This document shows positions 24,409-26,321 of a stretch of DNA of 26,321 nt, piece by piece (position 1 is the stretch's first letter; the number at the start of each line of letters is the position of its first letter). The notes beneath the pieces are model-generated. The model ran no database searches. It was given only the letters and a program-made list of their open reading frames with translations, and was not told the origin of the DNA. Origin of the DNA: a virus (Duplodnaviria; Caudoviricetes); the IMG/VR virus record IMGVR_UViG_3300030372_001200, positions 1 through 26,321 of that record; one strand, given 5' to 3'. Position numbers and translations under genes: made by a program.

Positions 24409-26321
24409 TTATTTGTTTAAAAATCCTTTATTAGGCATGTCATTAGGAGCTACTGGTACTTCTTTCTCATTTACTTCAGGCTTAAATCCTCTACTCCTAG
24501 CCTCTGTAGTAGTTAATACCTCATCATCATTTATAGCTCTATTACCTTTCTGGAGGTATATCTTTCTAAACCATTTATGTTTACAGTTACCACCTCCCTT
24601 ATAAAATTTTTGTAAGTCATTAGTTTTCAACCCATTAGAGCAGTCATGCAGCCAGATACTATAAGTATTTTTACCTCCAGCACCCCAGCCAGGATTAACT
24701 GCCATTCTACTCATAGACTTTATATCCTCTTTTCTATATACTTTGTTAGCTCTCATCATAGCCTTACAGAATGGTCTTTCTGGATTTGGATTACCAGTAT
24801 AGACATATCTAACTCTAAATAGGTCTCCTGATTTATTTCTACCATCTTGTTTACTCTTTCTATTAGGATAGCCTTTACCAGTCTTTACATCTGCTAAGTC
24901 TAGTCTATCTTTATTTAAGCTAGCCTCATAATCCTCATCCTCATCCTCATCATTAGCATCCTCTGTACTAATTAACTCATAATCTTTTAGTAACTCCTCC
25001 TCATTTTCTCCAAAGCCTTCTATTAATTTCTCTATATCCTCTGTTTTAAGCCTCTTACTCATGTTTACCTTAGCCTCATCCTCTATTACCTCTTCTGAGG
25101 CTTCTAAAGGCTCTAAACCGAGCTCAGCTCTTAGCTCATCTCTTGTTAATACTTCTTTTAAAGTATCTATACCAAATTTATTAGCGAAAGGAGCTACATC
25201 TTTTATACTAAATGGTATATTAATACCTGCTATAGAGAATACTTTAGATAAAGCTTTTACTATAATATCCTGATAAGGCTGGATAACACTTCTGCTATAA
25301 AGCTCATAAGCATCTAAAAGCTCATTTTTACCTCCTAATTGTCCTGCAGTTTTAACACCCATTAAAGAAGGAGATACTACTCTATGTCCTATCATTAAAT
25401 TCTGTATTATAAGCTCATTTAAAGTCTGGTACTGCTCATGAGCATCAGATAGACTTAAATTTTGTATATCTGGTACATTAGTACCCTCATCAGTAAAAGT
25501 CAAAACCATCTTTTTACCTCCTACTCCAGTCATTTTCCTCTCTATAGCTCTTTCTATCATTCTCTGCTCCTCTTCTGTAGGCTGCCCATCATTAAAATTA
25601 ATCCAGGTAGTAGGAGAAAAACCAGTCTGTATATTGTTTAAATGATATTCAGATACTAAGCTATCAGTTAAAATCCAGTTAGTGGATGCAGAATATGAAG
25701 GAGCTCCATAAATCTCTAGACCTGGAGTATAATCAGTTACATATAGTATCTGGTTAGTATCACTTCTATCATTAGGATTAAATGCTGGTACTGGTACTGG
25801 ATAACATTCCTTTTTTCTATAATTAGACCAGTCAGAGCTTACATAGTATTTATCTACTATACCATTATTATTAGGCACTCCTGCTCTAATTTTCTCACAT
25901 GGTATATGATTTACAGAAGATATACTCTGCTTATCTCTAGTATATATGATGTTAAGTGCAAATGCTCCATGTAAGTACAAATCTTTAGCTATTTTAGATA
26001 ATAAACCTTCTATAGTTTCTCTAGAGTTTATATTTTTTAGTAATATATTTAGTTTACTTACTGCCTCAGTATTCGTATCATCTTCTATTAGCACTCCTTT
26101 TCCAGCTATCATAGCACTGGCAGCATCTACTATAGCTCTATGAGTTGCTGAGTTATCATATAAATCTATTAAAAAGTTAGGATATAAATTTTTATAGTCC
26201 TGACCATCTCCATAGTTAACCCACTCCACACCTGCAGTCTCATAACTTTTAGGAGTATTCTGCTGCTTTAAATAGATAGCAGATAATTTAGAGCTATAAC
26301 CTTTATTTTTAGTTTGCTTTT
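24409..26321 (-). CDS. Portal protein with C-terminal Cys-containing extension (starts at position 109 across the junction)
   Basis: WV.YG..NLYP..LI.LY..S.TH.AI, G.FAL.I, YG.PSY, GFSP...INF and H.V.SP.L.G motifs; open from the window end to 24409. Confidence 0.88.
   Translation of the reverse strand, partial: KQTKNKGYSSKLSAIYLKQQNTPKSYETAGVEWVNYGDGQDYKNLYPNFLIDLYDNSATHRAIVDAASAMIAGKGVLIEDDTNTEAVSKLNILLKNINSRETIEGLLSKIAKDLYLHGAFALNIIYTRDKQSISSVNHIPCEKIRAGVPNNNGIVDKYYVSSDWSNYRKKECYPVPVPAFNPNDRSDTNQILYVTDYTPGLEIYGAPSYSASTNWILTDSLVSEYHLNNIQTGFSPTTWINFNDGQPTEEEQRMIERAIERKMTGVGGKKMVLTFTDEGTNVPDIQNLSLSDAHEQYQTLNELIIQNLMIGHRVVSPSLMGVKTAGQLGGKNELLDAYELYSRSVIQPYQDIIVKALSKVFSIAGINIPFSIKDVAPFANKFGIDTLKEVLTRDELRAELGLEPLEASEEVIEDEAKVNMSKRLKTEDIEKLIEGFGENEEELLKDYELISTEDANDEDEDEDYEASLNKDRLDLADVKTGKGYPNRKSKQDGRNKSGDLFRVRYVYTGNPNPERPFCKAMMRANKVYRKEDIKSMSRMAVNPGWGAGGKNTYSIWLHDCSNGLKTNDLQKFYKGGGNCKHKWFRKIYLQKGNRAINDDEVLTTTEARSRGFKPEVNEKEVPVAPNDMPNKGFLNK
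26223..26321. repeat. Direct terminal repeat, copy 2
   Basis: Identical to 1-99. Confidence 0.95.

Noticed and set aside
556-26143. Plus-strand ORFs in the track (556, 3337, 4151, 13408, 17082, 22672, 23713, 24383, 25061, 25946)
   Set aside because: All are short shadows antisense to well-supported minus-strand genes, with no motifs.
1-26321. Stop-codon reassignment suggested by abundant TAG/CTA
   Set aside because: Genes are full length under the standard code, and TAG and TGA end genes with tight coupling; no tRNA seen.

Overview
Apparently complete circular genome (about 26,222 bp; bases 1-99 recur exactly at 26223-26321, and the portal gene reads through the junction) of a small, AT-rich tailed dsDNA phage. 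It is probably a siphovirus (tape measure, major tail, frameshifted tail chaperone) and probably infects Bacteroidota/Flavobacteriia, judged from TTTG-N20-TAnnTTTG-type promoters and A-rich leaders without Shine-Dalgarno sites. All credible genes lie on the minus strand. Order: early genes, ERF, DnaA-domain-IV-like protein, initiator, DnaB, RusA, SSB, sigma factor, terminase, tail, head, portal, lysis and a metallophosphoesterase. No integrase, classical repressor or DNA polymerase is recognisable. The most interesting signals are non-coding. (1) A canonical type I hammerhead ribozyme sits inside the early operon (20714-20828). (2) A candidate plus-strand small RNA (about 12927-13006) is complementary to the 5' end and start codon of the first early mRNA 8.7 kb away. 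(3) An iteron plus IHF-site element (11400-11523) is homologous to the 3' end of the initiator gene but lies in the tail cluster. (4) A -1 frameshift extends the tail chaperone. (5) A repeated late-promoter motif precedes structural genes. (6) A 27-bp inverted element brackets the lysis module. (7) GATC and GANTC appear absent and CpG is strongly depleted. Protein calls come from motif recognition by eye, not database searches.
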